NCBI RefSeq assembly: GCF_006345805.1
Contig: NC_043012.1
Span: 37,820,001 to 37,884,000 of the forward strand
Source of the DNA: Octopus sinensis
Taxonomy: Eukaryota
DNA: 64,000 nucleotides
Direction of reading: 5' to 3'
Shown here: positions 1 to 11,800 of the stretch, piece after piece
How positions within the stretch are numbered: the stretch's first letter is position 1
Layout of the letters: each line of letters starts with the position of its first letter
Program-made: the position numbers and the translations under genes
Notes under the pieces: generated by a model
The model's input: only the letters and a program-made list of their open reading frames with translations
Database searches by the model: none
What the model was told of the DNA's origin: nothing

Positions 1-130
1 TCTGCTGAAGTTGACTTTGCTTTTTGTCCTTTCGGGGTCGATAAATTAAGTACCAGTAAAACACTGGGGTCAATGTAATCAACTAGTCCCCTTCCCCCTA
101 ATTTCACGCCTTGTACCTTTAGCACAAAGG

Positions 131-166
<36 letters not shown>

Positions 167-1143
167 TTCATTATGAGTAAGATGGTAGGGCAGCAGAAAG
201 TGTAGCATTTCATCTCTATAGCATTCTGAGTTCGAATCTTGCCAAGGTCAATTTTGCTGGTCATTCCTGAAGACCTGTTAAAGACATTAAACCAAAATGT
301 TACACTGGTTAAACTATTATGTTGACCATTATCATAACCATATGTAAGGGCATGAAAATGCCATTTTTGAAATATAAAGTGCCTCAGAAAAATCACCCCA
401 GGTCCTTTATGTGAAGTTCCCCACCCCAGAAGGTAATTTTGTTCCTGATGCTGAATATGGGGTGTGTTTAATAGATCTATACATCTTTCAAGTTATTAAA
501 CATGCTGTGTTGTTTATATACCCAGTTCTTACAGAGTAAGAGATCAATTCCTGGTGAGCTATGGGGTCTGTAGTCTAAGTTTAATCCCCAGTTCAACAGG
601 TTTCACAGTTCATTTGCAATTATTCAATGTCCTCAGAAATGTATAAACATCACAACTTCCCATCTACTTAATATATAAAACAGTTGTGCCTAGTCAAAAG
701 AAAGGATTATTTTTCCATATCACCTTTTTCAATCTAAGATTATAAATCTCTCAAAATCTCCCACATTTTCTCCTCTGCTTTTTAAGTTTTCTTTCTTTCC
801 TTCCTTCCTTCCTTCTTTCTTTCTTTTCTTTCATCTCTATTTTTTATTCTATATTTCTTTCTCTCATTTCTTTATTTCTTATGTAACTTTAAAAAAAGTC
901 TTTTTTATTCCTTCTCTCTTTCTTTCTTTCTTTCTCTTAACCCTTTTGATACCAACCTACTTAAAAACCACCCTTGGTTCCACGATACAAATTCCTTGTT
1001 TGAAAGTGATTTTACTTAAAACCTTCCATCAAAGGTCCATGCTAATTTATGGTCCCAAACTACAGATCAATAATGACAAAGTTATTTCACTAATTTACAT
1101 TATTTACATTTGATGGATATTTCTCCTCATCTTGTTTGTTGTT

Positions 1144-1190
1144 AACACAATTGTTTTGGCTGATATACCTTCCAGCCTTCATCAGGTGTC
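1144..1190 (-). ncRNA. Decayed minimal type I hammerhead ribozyme (G12A)
   Basis: Reverse complement reads GACAC CUGAUGA A GGCUG gaagguauau CAGCC AAAAC AAUU GUGUU. Stems I and II pair, but GAAA is AAAA. Confidence 0.6.
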
Positions 1191-1240
1191 TTGGGGGAAT
1201 TTCGAACCTGGGTTCTCATCCCTAAGGTATTTTTCGATAT

Positions 1241-1284
<44 letters not shown>

Positions 1285-1307
1285 ACACCACCAACACCAC
1301 CACCCAA

Positions 1308-1353
1308 GACACCTGATGAAGGCTGGAGGGTATATCAGCCAAAATGTTGTGTT
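1308..1353 (+). ncRNA. Decayed minimal type I hammerhead ribozyme (G12A, C15.2U)
   Basis: GACAC CTGATGA A GGCTG gagggtatat CAGCC AAAAT GTT GTGTT. Both changes are CpG-type transitions. Confidence 0.6.
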
Positions 1354-2621
1354 ACTCGGATCATAACTCACTTTGGTCAAGGCTTAGTGGCATTTCTTCT
1401 GACTTGACGTTCTGAGTTCAAATACTGCTAGAGTCATCCTTACATTTCATCCTTTCAGGATGAATTAAATAAGTATCAGTTGAACACTGGGGTCATCCCT
1501 GAAATTGCTGGCCTTGTGCCGAAATTTGAAACCAATATTTTTTAATATTTAGATTAAAACACACCACAATGTTAAGTCCATATTTATTTTGTTTCAATGG
1601 TTTGGACATTTTCCTTCAGTCCATTCTTTTTCTTCGCAATCACTCATCTAATTACATTTTCATATTCATTCTCTGCTCTCTTTCCTCTTTATTTTGTTAT
1701 TTTGTTTATCAATTTAAGTATTATGGTCTCTTGATAGTATTACAAGCACAACATCGATTTTCCAGAACTTTCCGTTCCAAAGTCATTCTCGATTACTCAT
1801 TTTTTCCAAACCAGGGATGGACCACATTGGTCAACATACTCCAAATTAAACAAATATTAAAACTGATTAAATAATTTAATGAAATGAAGTACATTAATAT
1901 AAATGATACAAGTTTATTAATACTGTACTGTGCAAGGTATTAATTAGTGCATGGTACCAATAAACTAGTCTGGTGTCGACCGGAAACTGAAGTTCCTGCT
2001 TGTAAATTAACAAGTCAAGCAAATATTAAATTTACTAAGATAATTAAATGAAATATAGGTACCTGTGTTATTATACTTTACTGTGCACAGTACTAGTCTG
2101 TGCAAAGTACCAATCAACTAGTTTTGTGGCTACAGTAATTTGAAGTTCCTGGTTGTAAATTAGCGCCAAGAAAGTCGATGTTATATCTGTATATCAACAA
2201 AACTGATAATTTTGTATTACCAAATCGGTTTTATAAACTTGTCTTTATTTAAATTCTGCAAAAAGAAACAAACCAAAAAAAAAAAAACTGTTGTATCAAA
2301 AGTGTTGCTTAAATGTGTGGTTTTTTTTTCAAATTTTATATTTTTTCTTTTTTATATATCCTTGAAAACTTTATACCAGTTATACATTCATAAAATTGTT
2401 ATTTTTTTGTTTGAGATGAACTATCCTCAGCTAAAATCTAAATAAGATAATTTTTTCATAAAGTGTGTAAAATTTGCTCTTTTTTTTAACCCCCCCCCCC
2501 CAAAAAAAATTGCTCATTTGCTTTGGTTGTGAATTGGTAGAATGGTAAACTCTCAGACTGGAATATCATGAATCTAACTGGTTTTTAACTCTTGGTATTC
2601 TACTCCAAAGTCTTTCAAGAA

Positions 2622-2780
2622 TTAAGACTTTCTTCCTTCTTTTTCCATCTTGCCATGATGTTGCGGAGGTGGGTGGCATAGTGACAGAATATGTACCAAA
2701 AGTAAAGCAGCATTTAACATGCAAACGACTGCTAAAATGATGACAGACTTATGGGACACATGGTGCTTGGATGTTGTGCA
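2622..2780 (-). CDS. Candidate terminal exon of an unidentified membrane-protein gene (52 aa + stop)
   Basis: Acceptor T13-AG at 2782-2781. Phase-0 frame CTTSKHHVSHKSVIILAVVCMLNAALLLVHILSLCHPPPQHHGKMEKEGRKS* has a hydrophobic helix and basic tail. Minus-strand AATAAA at 2244-2249 and 1913-1918. No homology recognised. Confidence 0.45.
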   Translation of the reverse strand, partial: CTTSKHHVSHKSVIILAVVCMLNAALLLVHILSLCHPPPQHHGKMEKEGRKS

Positions 2781-2844
2781 CTAAAAAAAAAAAATGATTG
2801 AATTAATGATGTTTTTTTCTCTTTGTAATTAATTTAATCATTAG

Positions 2845-5205
2845 TTGGTGGAATCGTTAGCATGACAGACAAAATGCTCAGTCATATTTCTCTTGGCTCT
2901 TAACATTCTGTTTTCAAATTCTGCCAAGCTTGACTTAGCCTTTCATCCTTTTGGAGTCAATAACATAAGTACCAGTCAGACACTGGGGTCTATGTAATCA
3001 ACTATCCCCCTCTCCCAAAATTTCAGGCCTTGGTGCCTATAGTAGAAAGGATTATTATTATTATTATCATCATACTGGAGGCAGTGAGCTTGTGGAATCG
3101 TTAGCACGCTGGGCGAAATGCTTAGCAGTATCTTGCCCATCACTATATTCTGAGTTTAAATTCCACTGAGGTCGACTTCACCTTTCATCCTTTCAGGGTT
3201 GATAAATTAAGTACCAGTTGCGTACTGGGACCGGTCTAATAGACTGGCCCCCTCCCCTCAAATTTAAGGCCTTGTGATTCCTGTAGAAAGGATTATTATT
3301 ATTATTATTATTGTTGTTGTTGTTAAGGTGGCATACTTGCAAAATCATTAGCATGCCGGGCGAAATGCTTAGCTATATTTGGTCTGTCACTATGTTATGA
3401 GTTCAAATTCTGCTGAGATTGACTTCACCATCCTTTAGGAGTCGATAAATTAAGTACTAGTTGTGTACTGGGGTATATCTAATTGACTAGCCCTCCCTCC
3501 CCTAAAATTTCCGGCCTTGTGCCTATAATAGAAAGGATTATTATTATTATTATTATTAAGGGGGTGAGCTGGCAGAATCGTTAGTACACGAGACGAAATT
3601 CTTAGCTGTATTTTTGCCTGTTGCTATGTTCTGAGTTCAAATTCTGCCAAGGTCAACTTTGCCTTTCATCTTTTAGTAAACTAAGTACCAGTGAAACACT
3701 AGGGTCAATGTGATTGACTGTCCCCCTCCCCACAAAATCCAGGCCTTGTGCCTTTAGTAGAAAGGATTATTATTATTAGGGTTGTGACTTGGTACAGTTG
3801 TTCGAGTGCCACACAAAGTGTTTAGCAGCATTTTAGCTGGTTTTACATTCTGAGTTCAAATGCTGAGCAAAGTCAGTTTTGTCTTTCATCCTTTTGGGGT
3901 CAATATAATGAATACCAGAATCGATGACATATATTTAACTGACTCCCTTAAAATTGCTGGCTCTGTGCCAAAATTTGAAGCCATTATTGTGGCTGTTGTT
4001 CTGTCTATGAATGAGATCTTGAAACTGGATCAGCAGCATGTTGGCTGTAGGTTCAATCCTTCAGCTGGTCTTCCATATCTTCATGATTGCTTCCCTCCCA
4101 CCCGACGCTGGTGGATTGGGGTGGAATGCATGGAGAAAGATACCTTCAGTCATTAGAGATTTATTCTGACTGTTTACAACAGACTGGACTCCACTGAAGG
4201 TACCCAAGGGTAGCTGGGTACGGTGTTGTCGACTGTGTGTGTGAGTGTTGTGGAGGAGTATGCCCAACCCATGACAAAACAAACGCCAAACTTTTCTGGG
4301 ATTGTCTGACACCCTGTCCAGGGCAAGAATATTCCTCATCTGTTTTAACACAAGGTAAACCTGATTTAAATCCAAATTAATTTAAAACTTTAGTCAGCCA
4401 CGACCTGTTATTGTTAAAGTTTGCCAAACAAAACCCAAATACTGAACATTAAAAACACTGAATTTAATGACATTATTTAATACTTATTATTATTTATATT
4501 GTTATTGTTATTATTCTTGTTTTTGTTGTTGTTATTATTATTATCATGGTATGGTGAGCTTGCAGGATCATCAGCATGCTGGACAAAATACCACTGAGCA
4601 TTGCTCCATTCTGAGTTCAAATTCTGCCAAGGTGGACTTTGCATTTCATCCTTTTGGGGTCATTGAAATAAGTACCAACTGAGTATTGGAGTCAATGTAA
4701 TCGACTATTCCCCTCCCCCAAAATTTCAGGCCTTGTGCCTTTATCAGAAAGGAATATTATTATTATTATTGTTGTTGTTGTTAAGGCAGTGAGCTGACAG
4801 AATGGTTAGCACGCCAGGTGAAATGCTTCGCGGTATTTTGTCTGCCGTTATGTTCTGAGTTCAAATTCCGCCAAGGTCGACTTTGCCTTTCATCCTCTCG
4901 AGGTCAATAAATTAAGTACCAGTTGCGTAGAGGGTCGATGCGATCGACTATCCCCTCCCCCAAAATTCAGGCCTTGTGTCTATAGTAGAAAGGATTATTA
5001 TTATTACTAAGGCTACAAGCTACCAGAAGCCTTAGCATGCTGGACAAAATGCTCTACAGCTTTTATTCCAGTTCTTTACATTCTGAGTTCAAAATCTGTT
5101 GAGGTCAGCTTTGCTTTTCATTCTTTCAGGATCAGTAAAATAAGTGCCAGTTGAGCAACCCAATAAAATCTCAGGCCTTGTGCCTATATTAAGAAGAATT
5201 ATTAA
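2845..5205 (+). mobile_element. Head-to-tail cluster of about 8 tRNA-derived SINE copies with (ATT)n tails (non-SINE gap about 3990-4545)
   Basis: Repeated unit GGCGGYGAGCTGGCAGAATCGTTAGC...TTCTGAGTTCAAATTC (B-box-like)...GCCTTTCATCCTTT...AAGTACCAG...GGCCTTGTGCC...GAAAGGATTATTATT. Confidence 0.85.
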
Positions 5206-6759
5206 TATTATTATTTTGCTCCCTTTTGTTATAACAGTTTACATTTTCTTTTTAAACCAAATACATTCATTTGTGACACGATTAATAACATACCTGAAAT
5301 TCATTCATTTATTTGGGATTTCTATTACAAACACCGTCTAAGTTCAACATCAGTATAGTGCATGCTTTTGTTCTGTTCTGTTTGCCTCAGCGATGATGAT
5401 GATGATGATCATCAACATTATCGTTTTACCTCTGTTTAACCATGTTAGCCTAAATTGGATGGGTTTATCGAAGCAGTGTTGTATGACCAACCTCATTATT
5501 TACCTCTAATGATACTATTCTACAGCCAGGTTACACACACACACACACACACACACCATATCAAATCAGCATCATTTAAAGTCTACTTTTCCAAGCTTGA
5601 ATGGGTCAGGTGGAGTTTTATTGAGGCAGATTTTCTACAGCCATGTGCCCTTCCTGTTGCCAAGCCTCATCTATTTCCAAGCAGTGTTATAATAATAATA
5701 ATAATAATGAAATTGTGTATATTGCTCAGGTGCACTACAGCTCATCAACTCAACGAATATTGGAAATGAATGATACTGCTTACATGATAGTGACAATCAT
5801 TTTACAACTGTCACATGATGTTATGACCAGGGGACACATGTGTACAGTCGCATACGCACACACACACACACACTATCACATATACACACGTGTTTATATG
5901 ATGGGCTTCTTTCGGTGTCTGTCTGCCAGATCCAGTTGCAAGGCTTTGGTCAGCCCGTGGCTATAGCAGATAACACTTGTCCAAGGTGCCATGCAGTGGG
6001 ACCAAACCCAGAACCATGTGGTTTGGAAGTAGAGTTCTTACCACCCAGCCACACATACATACAAATATGTGTGTGTGTGTTTTACACAGTAAATTTACAT
6101 AAACGTAGGCTCAAATATACCAGCATATACATATACATTTACACACACACACACACACATGCATGTTGACATCTACCCAAATTCTACGCATATGGCACTT
6201 GTCAAGCTGGGGCTGTGGTAGAAGACACTTGCCTTCTCATACTAGAATTGAATAAGTGGCACCTTATGGTTGTGAAGCAAACGTTTTAAAATTAAACAGC
6301 CCAATCCTCACTCACTTTCACCAGACATACAAGGCATTGGTTGTAATCATTCTGACAATAATATAAAAGATGGCAGAAACTTGTGAGGCTGATCCTGTTG
6401 GGATGAGGTTCTATGAAGGCCATGTTATTTGAAGGGAGGTAACTCAAAGCAAGTGCTCGATGAGGTTGAGACTGATTGCTTGGAACTGGTTTCTCAGAGT
6501 TGTAGTCCTTTTTATCTTTTACTTGTTTCACTCAGTGGACTGCGGCCATGCTGGGGCCCTGCCTTGAAGAGTTTGCAAATGCTTATTCTATTGGTCACTA
6601 AGTATGGGGACGTAAACAAACCAACACTGGTATGTGTGTGTAAAACGAGAGAAAAGAACACGCGATTGAACTTGGTATTCCTTTATGTTTCAGTATTCAG
6701 TAATAAATTATGTCACACTTTAAATGCGATCCAACGATACACCTCTTCAGAGCTGAAAC

Positions 6760-6785
6760 CTGAATTACACTAAGCATATCCTTTC
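6760..6785 (-). CDS. Candidate 26-nt internal exon of the minus-strand gene
   Basis: Acceptor (TG)nTTTAG, frame (G)KDMLSVIQ. Phase-compatible with both neighbouring candidate exons. Donor GTTTCA is weak. Confidence 0.25.
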
Positions 6786-6965
6786 CTAAACACACACACA
6801 CGTGTGTGTATGTACAAATGTGTATGTATATATATATATATATACATATAAATATATAATATATGTGTGTGTGTATATATAAATATATACATGTATGTGT
6901 GCATTACTAGATAGATAAGAAGGACAGATTGCTGGACAGACTGATTGATAGATATTAGTTCTTAC

Positions 6966-7091
6966 CATTATATATTTCATTATTCAGATTTTCAAGCCCA
7001 GAGACAATCCTCACACTTGATATAATATAGCCCAAGGTAATATATGCAATAGATTTACTCTCAGAAAGGAACTGAGTTTTCTTTACTTTTC
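6966..7091 (-). CDS. Candidate 126-nt internal exon of the minus-strand gene
   Basis: TTTATAG acceptor and GTAAG donor. Open frame KVKKTQFLSESKSIAYITLGYIISSVRIVSGLENLNNEIYN. Confidence 0.4.
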
Positions 7092-7945
7092 CTATAAATT
7101 TAATTTCTAAATAAATATATTTGCAAGTACAACATTGCAGTTCTATCTATATTTATGAAATTTATGCAGAATTTCTACTTAAAAATCTGTAGTGTCTCTG
7201 AGGTAGTTAATACCTATATAGACATAAAGAGACAAATTCAAAGAGAAAATCTGAAAGTCTGTGTCTTTCTTGAGATTTCTGTCTTCCGTTCTCTCCTGAA
7301 GAATATTGAATGCCAACAGACTCTCTCTCTCTCTCTCCCTCTCAATCTCCTTCTTTCATTTGTCTCTGTCTCCTGCTTCTTTCTCTCTCTCTCTCTCTTT
7401 CACTCGTTTATCTCCCTCTTCTTCCTCTTTCTCTTGTTTGTCTCTTTGTCTTTCTCACTTGTCTCACTCCCTTTCTCTCTTTTCTTCATCTTTGCCCTCT
7501 TTCTTCTTTCATTCCCCTTCTCTCCTCCTCCCCCTCTCTATTTTTGGTTTATAAAAAGATGAAGAAAATGCTGCAGTCTGGAACAATAAATTCATCAACA
7601 ACAACAATAAAAGTATACAAAAACTGCAAAATTAATAAAAAAAACTGCATGACACGTCTTACGATTTTGGAATGTTATTTTTTTGTAAAAGTTTTATGAG
7701 TTAAAAAAATATATTTGAATTCTTTACAAAAATAAAAATTAACTTTTAAAAAATGCTTTTCTTTTTGTTATTTTTAAAATTACAACTTTTTAATATTTTT
7801 CTCTGAATTATAAATTTATTCAATAACTCATTGCATAATACAGTAATCCCTCGACTATCACAGGTGTTATGTTAAAAAACCCTTCTGTGATAGGTGAAAA
7901 TCCTTGAAGTAGAAACAATACTGTACTGTATATTTCTTTTTATCG

Positions 7946-8298
7946 TTTTTACCTCCACCTTAGTGAAGGCAGGGGTATTATTTTCTGTCATGTTTGTTTG
8001 TCCATGGACAAGATAACTCAAGAACCACTGGATGGATTCGAATGAAACTTTCAGAGATATTTGACCTCATGACTGGCATGAACTGATTAGATCTGGTACC
8101 GGACAAGGATTCTGGATTATTTTTTCCATTTTTTTTACTTAATTTTTGAGGGTGGTCTGGTTCATTTTTAGTATTCTCATTTGTGAGAGCATTCGAGTTT
8201 ATTTCGATATTCTCATTTTAAAAATTATCTCTGGCCAATCATTGAGAGGATGTTGGTGTTGCCTTGGCGGAGGTTTGCACTCTCTCAGTGCTCTTGTT
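7946..8298 (+). mobile_element. Non-autonomous Helentron/HINE-like element
   Basis: 5' TTTTTACCTCCACC and subterminal inverted GGCGGAGGT near 8267-8273, followed by TTGCACTCTCTCAGTGC. Confidence 0.5.
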
Positions 8299-8428
8299 AT
8301 AATTTGCATATATTCATTTTATTATAAATGCAAAACAACACAATGGAGGAATCGATGTAGGCTTGAATTATAAACTGTGATTTGGTGAGGAATTACTGTA
8401 TTTTCTGGCATACAATTTCATACGACAT

Positions 8429-10659
8429 CTTGCTTTTAATGTTGGTGAAAAGAAAGAGGCTTGGAGAAGCCATTATGAAAGACTGCTGAATGTGGAGAAT
8501 GAATGGGAAGAGGAGAGCCTGCCAAATGTTGACCCAGTAGAGGGACCAGCTATCCAAATAGACAGCTCCCTTGTAGTTAAGGCAATTAAAGGTATGAAAC
8601 CAGGTAAAGCCCCCGGCCCATCAGGTATCACTGCTGAGATGCTTAAAACAGCTGGTTATGTGGGCTATGGCCTAGTCACCCGCATTGTAAACCAGGTAGT
8701 TCATAATGGAGTCATACCCAATGACTGGCGTAGCAGCACCATAGTCAACTGCTACAAGGGTAAGGGTGATGCTCTAGATAGAAATAACTACAGGGGTATT
8801 AAACTGTTGGATCAGGTGATGAAAGTCACAGAGAGGGTCATAACCCATCTCATTAGGGAGAGGATTTGCTTAGATGAGATGCAGTTCGGTTTTGTGCCAG
8901 GTAGAAGCACCACTGATGCTATATTCCTGGTCTGACAACTGCAGGAGAAGTACCTAGCTAAAGATAAACCCCTCTACATAGCTTTTGTGGACTTGGAGAA
9001 AGCCTTTGACAGGGTTCCCCGATCCCTTATCTGGTGGTCGATGAGGAAACTGGAGATTGACGAATGGCTAATAAGGGCTGTACAGGCTCTATACAGAGAG
9101 GCTGTCAGCAAGGTTAGGATTGGCAGCGAATATAGTGAAGAATTCCGGGTGGAAGTAGGTGTACACCAAGGCTCAGTCCTCAGTCCCCTTTTATTCATCA
9201 TAGTCCTCCAGGCAATAACAGAGGAATTCAAAACAGGTTGCCCCTGGGAGCTCCTCTATGCTGATGACCTGGCTCTCATAGCAGAATCACTACTGGAACT
9301 AGAAAAGAAATTTCGGGTGTGGAAACAAGGGTTAGAATCAAAGGGCCTTAGAGTAAATGTAGCAAAGACCAAAGTTATAGTAAGCAGAAAGGCGAACTCA
9401 TCACACACCCCATCGGGCAGGTGGCCCTGTTCAATCTGTAGGAAAGGTGTAGGTAGAAACTCCATAAGATGCACCCAGTGTAAGCTATGGACGCATAAGA
9501 GGTGCAGCAACATCAAAGGGAAATTAACTGATAAGATAGCTTTCATGTGCGGCAGATGCACAGGGACAATAGACACCACAAATACTCAGAAAACAGATTC
9601 CATCACATTCCAGGGGAAGAAACTAGAAGTAGTTGATAGTTTCCGCTACCTAGGTGACCAAGTTAGTAGTGGAGGTGGATGCTCAGAGAGTGTCATCACT
9701 AGAATACGAATAGCCTGGGCAAAGTTTAGAAAGCTCCTACCCCTACTGGCGACAAAGGGTCTCTCACTCAGAGTGAAAGGTAGATTGTATGATGCATGTG
9801 TGCGAACTGCCATGCTTCACGGCAGTGAAACATGGGCTGTGACTGCAGAGGACATGCGTAGACTTGAAAGGAATGAAGCTAGCATGATCCGCTGGTTGTG
9901 TAATGTTAGTGTGAATGCACGACAGAGTGTAAGCACCCTGAGAGAAATGCTAGACATAGGAAGCATCAGATGCGGTGTGTAAGAGCGACCCTGCGATGGT
10001 ATGGTCATGGACTGTGGATGGATGAGGAGAGATGTGTGAAGAAGTGCCACTCCCAAACAGTTGAAGGAATCAGGGGGAGAGGTAGACCCAGGAAGACATG
10101 AGATGAGGTAGTCAAGCATGACCTCAGAGCGTTGGGCCTCACAGAGGCAGTGGCGAAGGACCAAGATCTCTGGAGATGTGCTGTGACTACAAAGACCCGG
10201 GATGTTTCCGGCACCAGTTCCCTGCCCATTCAAAGTACCTTGGATCCCGGAACATCTCACTGTGCTTGAGGAAACCTGTTGAGTCAAGTGCACGTACATG
10301 AACATCGAAACAAATATCAATGGAAATAGTAGTTGTGATTCCTGTGCCGGTGGCACATAAAAAGGACCATCCGAACGTAGCCGTTGCCAGCGCCACCTCG
10401 ACTGGCCTCTGTGCCGGTGGCACGTAAAAAGCACCAACCGATCGTGGCCAATGCCAGACCCCCCTGGCACCTGTGCAGGTGGCACGTAAAAAGCACCCAC
10501 TACACTCGCGGAGTGGTTGGCGTTAGGAAGGGCATCCAGCTGTAGAAACACTGCCAGATCAGACTGGAGCCTGGTGCAGCCCTGGCTTCCCAGACCCCGG
10601 TCGAACCGTCCAACCCGTGCTAGCGCGGAAAACGGACGTTAAACGATGATGATGATGAT
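8429..10659 (+). mobile_element. 5'-truncated RTE-clade LINE (copy 1), inactive
   Basis: RT motifs GKAPGPSGI, NYRGIKLL, QFGF, DLEKAFD, GVHQGSVLSPLLF, YADD. Premature stops at 8933-8935 and 9980-9982. Modular 3' UTR ending GTTAAAC(GAT)n. Confidence 0.95.
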
Positions 10660-11699
10660 CGCTAAGGAAAATGGGATTTTTTTCTAGCAGTGTCAAATGA
10701 AAATGTCACCCATAATTATAACCCTAGTATCGATCTATTGCATTTCAATCTATTTTAGGGTTAGGGTTAGAGGTGGGGGAAGGGTATCTTTTTTCTTTGC
10801 AAATGTAAATAAACCCAATCTGTTTCTTAAACAAGGGACATATTCATACAGCACGGAATCTTTTCACCCCAAATGGAGGTGAGCGATTGGTTAAAATTGC
10901 CGAAATGCTCGATTTTAAAGTGGAAATATGTTACAACATATAGAATTTTCTCAATAAAGCCAAGAAAAAATGATGTTTTATAAACACTTTCTAGCAGTAT
11001 ACGAAGTTTGAAAGTGTTTAGTTAACTAGAAATTGTGTTGACATCTGCCGTTCAAAATGAAAAGATCCGAAAGGATTATTGTTATTATTATTGATAAGAC
11101 AGAAAAGATGGTGATCCAGCAGAATAGCAAACCAGACAAAATGCTCAGCGGCATTTCGTTGGTCTTTACATCTTGACTTTGCCTTTCATGATCCACTGCT
11201 GTGTTCAGGTCTGATTGCAATAGAGATCTATAGCGTACAGGATCTGACCTCTTTATTTATTATCGTTTCATTCACAACTAGGATGCCTTAAATTGACCTC
11301 CTTACATTACTGGTCCTTTATTTTAATCGAACCCCGAAGAAAAGCAAAATTGACCACGGGAAGATTTGAACTCGGTAGCAGGCATGATATCGGTTTAAGG
11401 TTTCAAAGCCAGAACACTGCTCCGCTATAAGAAAAGAACAGATAATATATCCATCTGGTCCCTGAGTTTGTCCCATGAAATCAGGTTCGAAGCTTAACCG
11501 ATTCTTCTTTTCACTAAATCCAACGAGGGAGCTCGATTTACTAGAAATAGCAACCAACTCCCCTTCAGATCACTCGCTACAGTTTTAAAAATAATCGAAG
11601 CCACTGGATTAGTAAACCCCAATACATTTGATGGTAATCGGTTTCCTTGATTAAGATCAATCGGGTGTGAATCACAACTAAAACAACAATAGCAGCAAC

Positions 11700-11800
11700 A
11701 ACAACAATCACGCGCTCTGAGGCACGTGTCACGTTAGAGTTATTCCCCTTGCATCTTTTAGATAACAGGTGGCGCTAGTGAACATGGCGGCAAATTCAAA
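11700..11800 (+). promoter_or_regulatory. Putative GEN1 promoter/TSS region (possibly bidirectional)
   Basis: Locally CpG-rich unique sequence with E-box CACGTG (11723-11728), CTCF-like CAGGTGGCGCTA (11766-11777) and YY1-like AACATGGCGGC (11781-11791), upstream of a strong donor at 11868. Confidence 0.4.

Larger units (their letters stand above)
1097..1354. mobile_element. Inverted pair of hammerhead-SINE arms (tRNA heads absent), separated by a (CTA)n/(CCA)n tract
   Basis: Minus arm about 1097-1240 and plus arm 1303-1354 both contain GACAC-CTGATGAA-GGCTG...CAGCC-AAAA. Same sequence as the elements at 39412-40098 and 57972-58241. Confidence 0.75.

Noticed and set aside
590-640. Minus-strand CUGAGGA...GAAAC
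   Set aside because: Stem II closing and stem I pairing are poor; could be chance.
7155-7699. Long Leu/Ser/Phe-rich ORFs (also 30585-31172 and the many [12 protein letters not shown] ORFs)
   Set aside because: Translations of CT-, TA-, CA- and GAT-microsatellites.
9261-9267. CTGATGA resembling a hammerhead core (also TCCTCAG/CTGAGGA inside the RTE ORFs and cores inside GEN1 exons)
   Set aside because: Part of the YADD codons or other coding sequence, with no stem II-GAAA-stem III following.
9420-9560. Cys-rich PHD-like finger inside the RTE reverse transcriptase
   Set aside because: Present in all three copies and a known feature of some RTE lineages; not novel.
10755-10770. (TTAGGG)2 telomere-like repeat
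   Set aside because: Only two units, inside an interspersed repeat; not an interstitial telomere.
11318-11557. Minus-strand ORF as the first exon of a divergent gene (human GEN1 is head-to-head with SMC6)
   Set aside because: Overlaps repeat fragments, has no donor and shows no SMC6 similarity. No SMC6 exons were recognised in the window.
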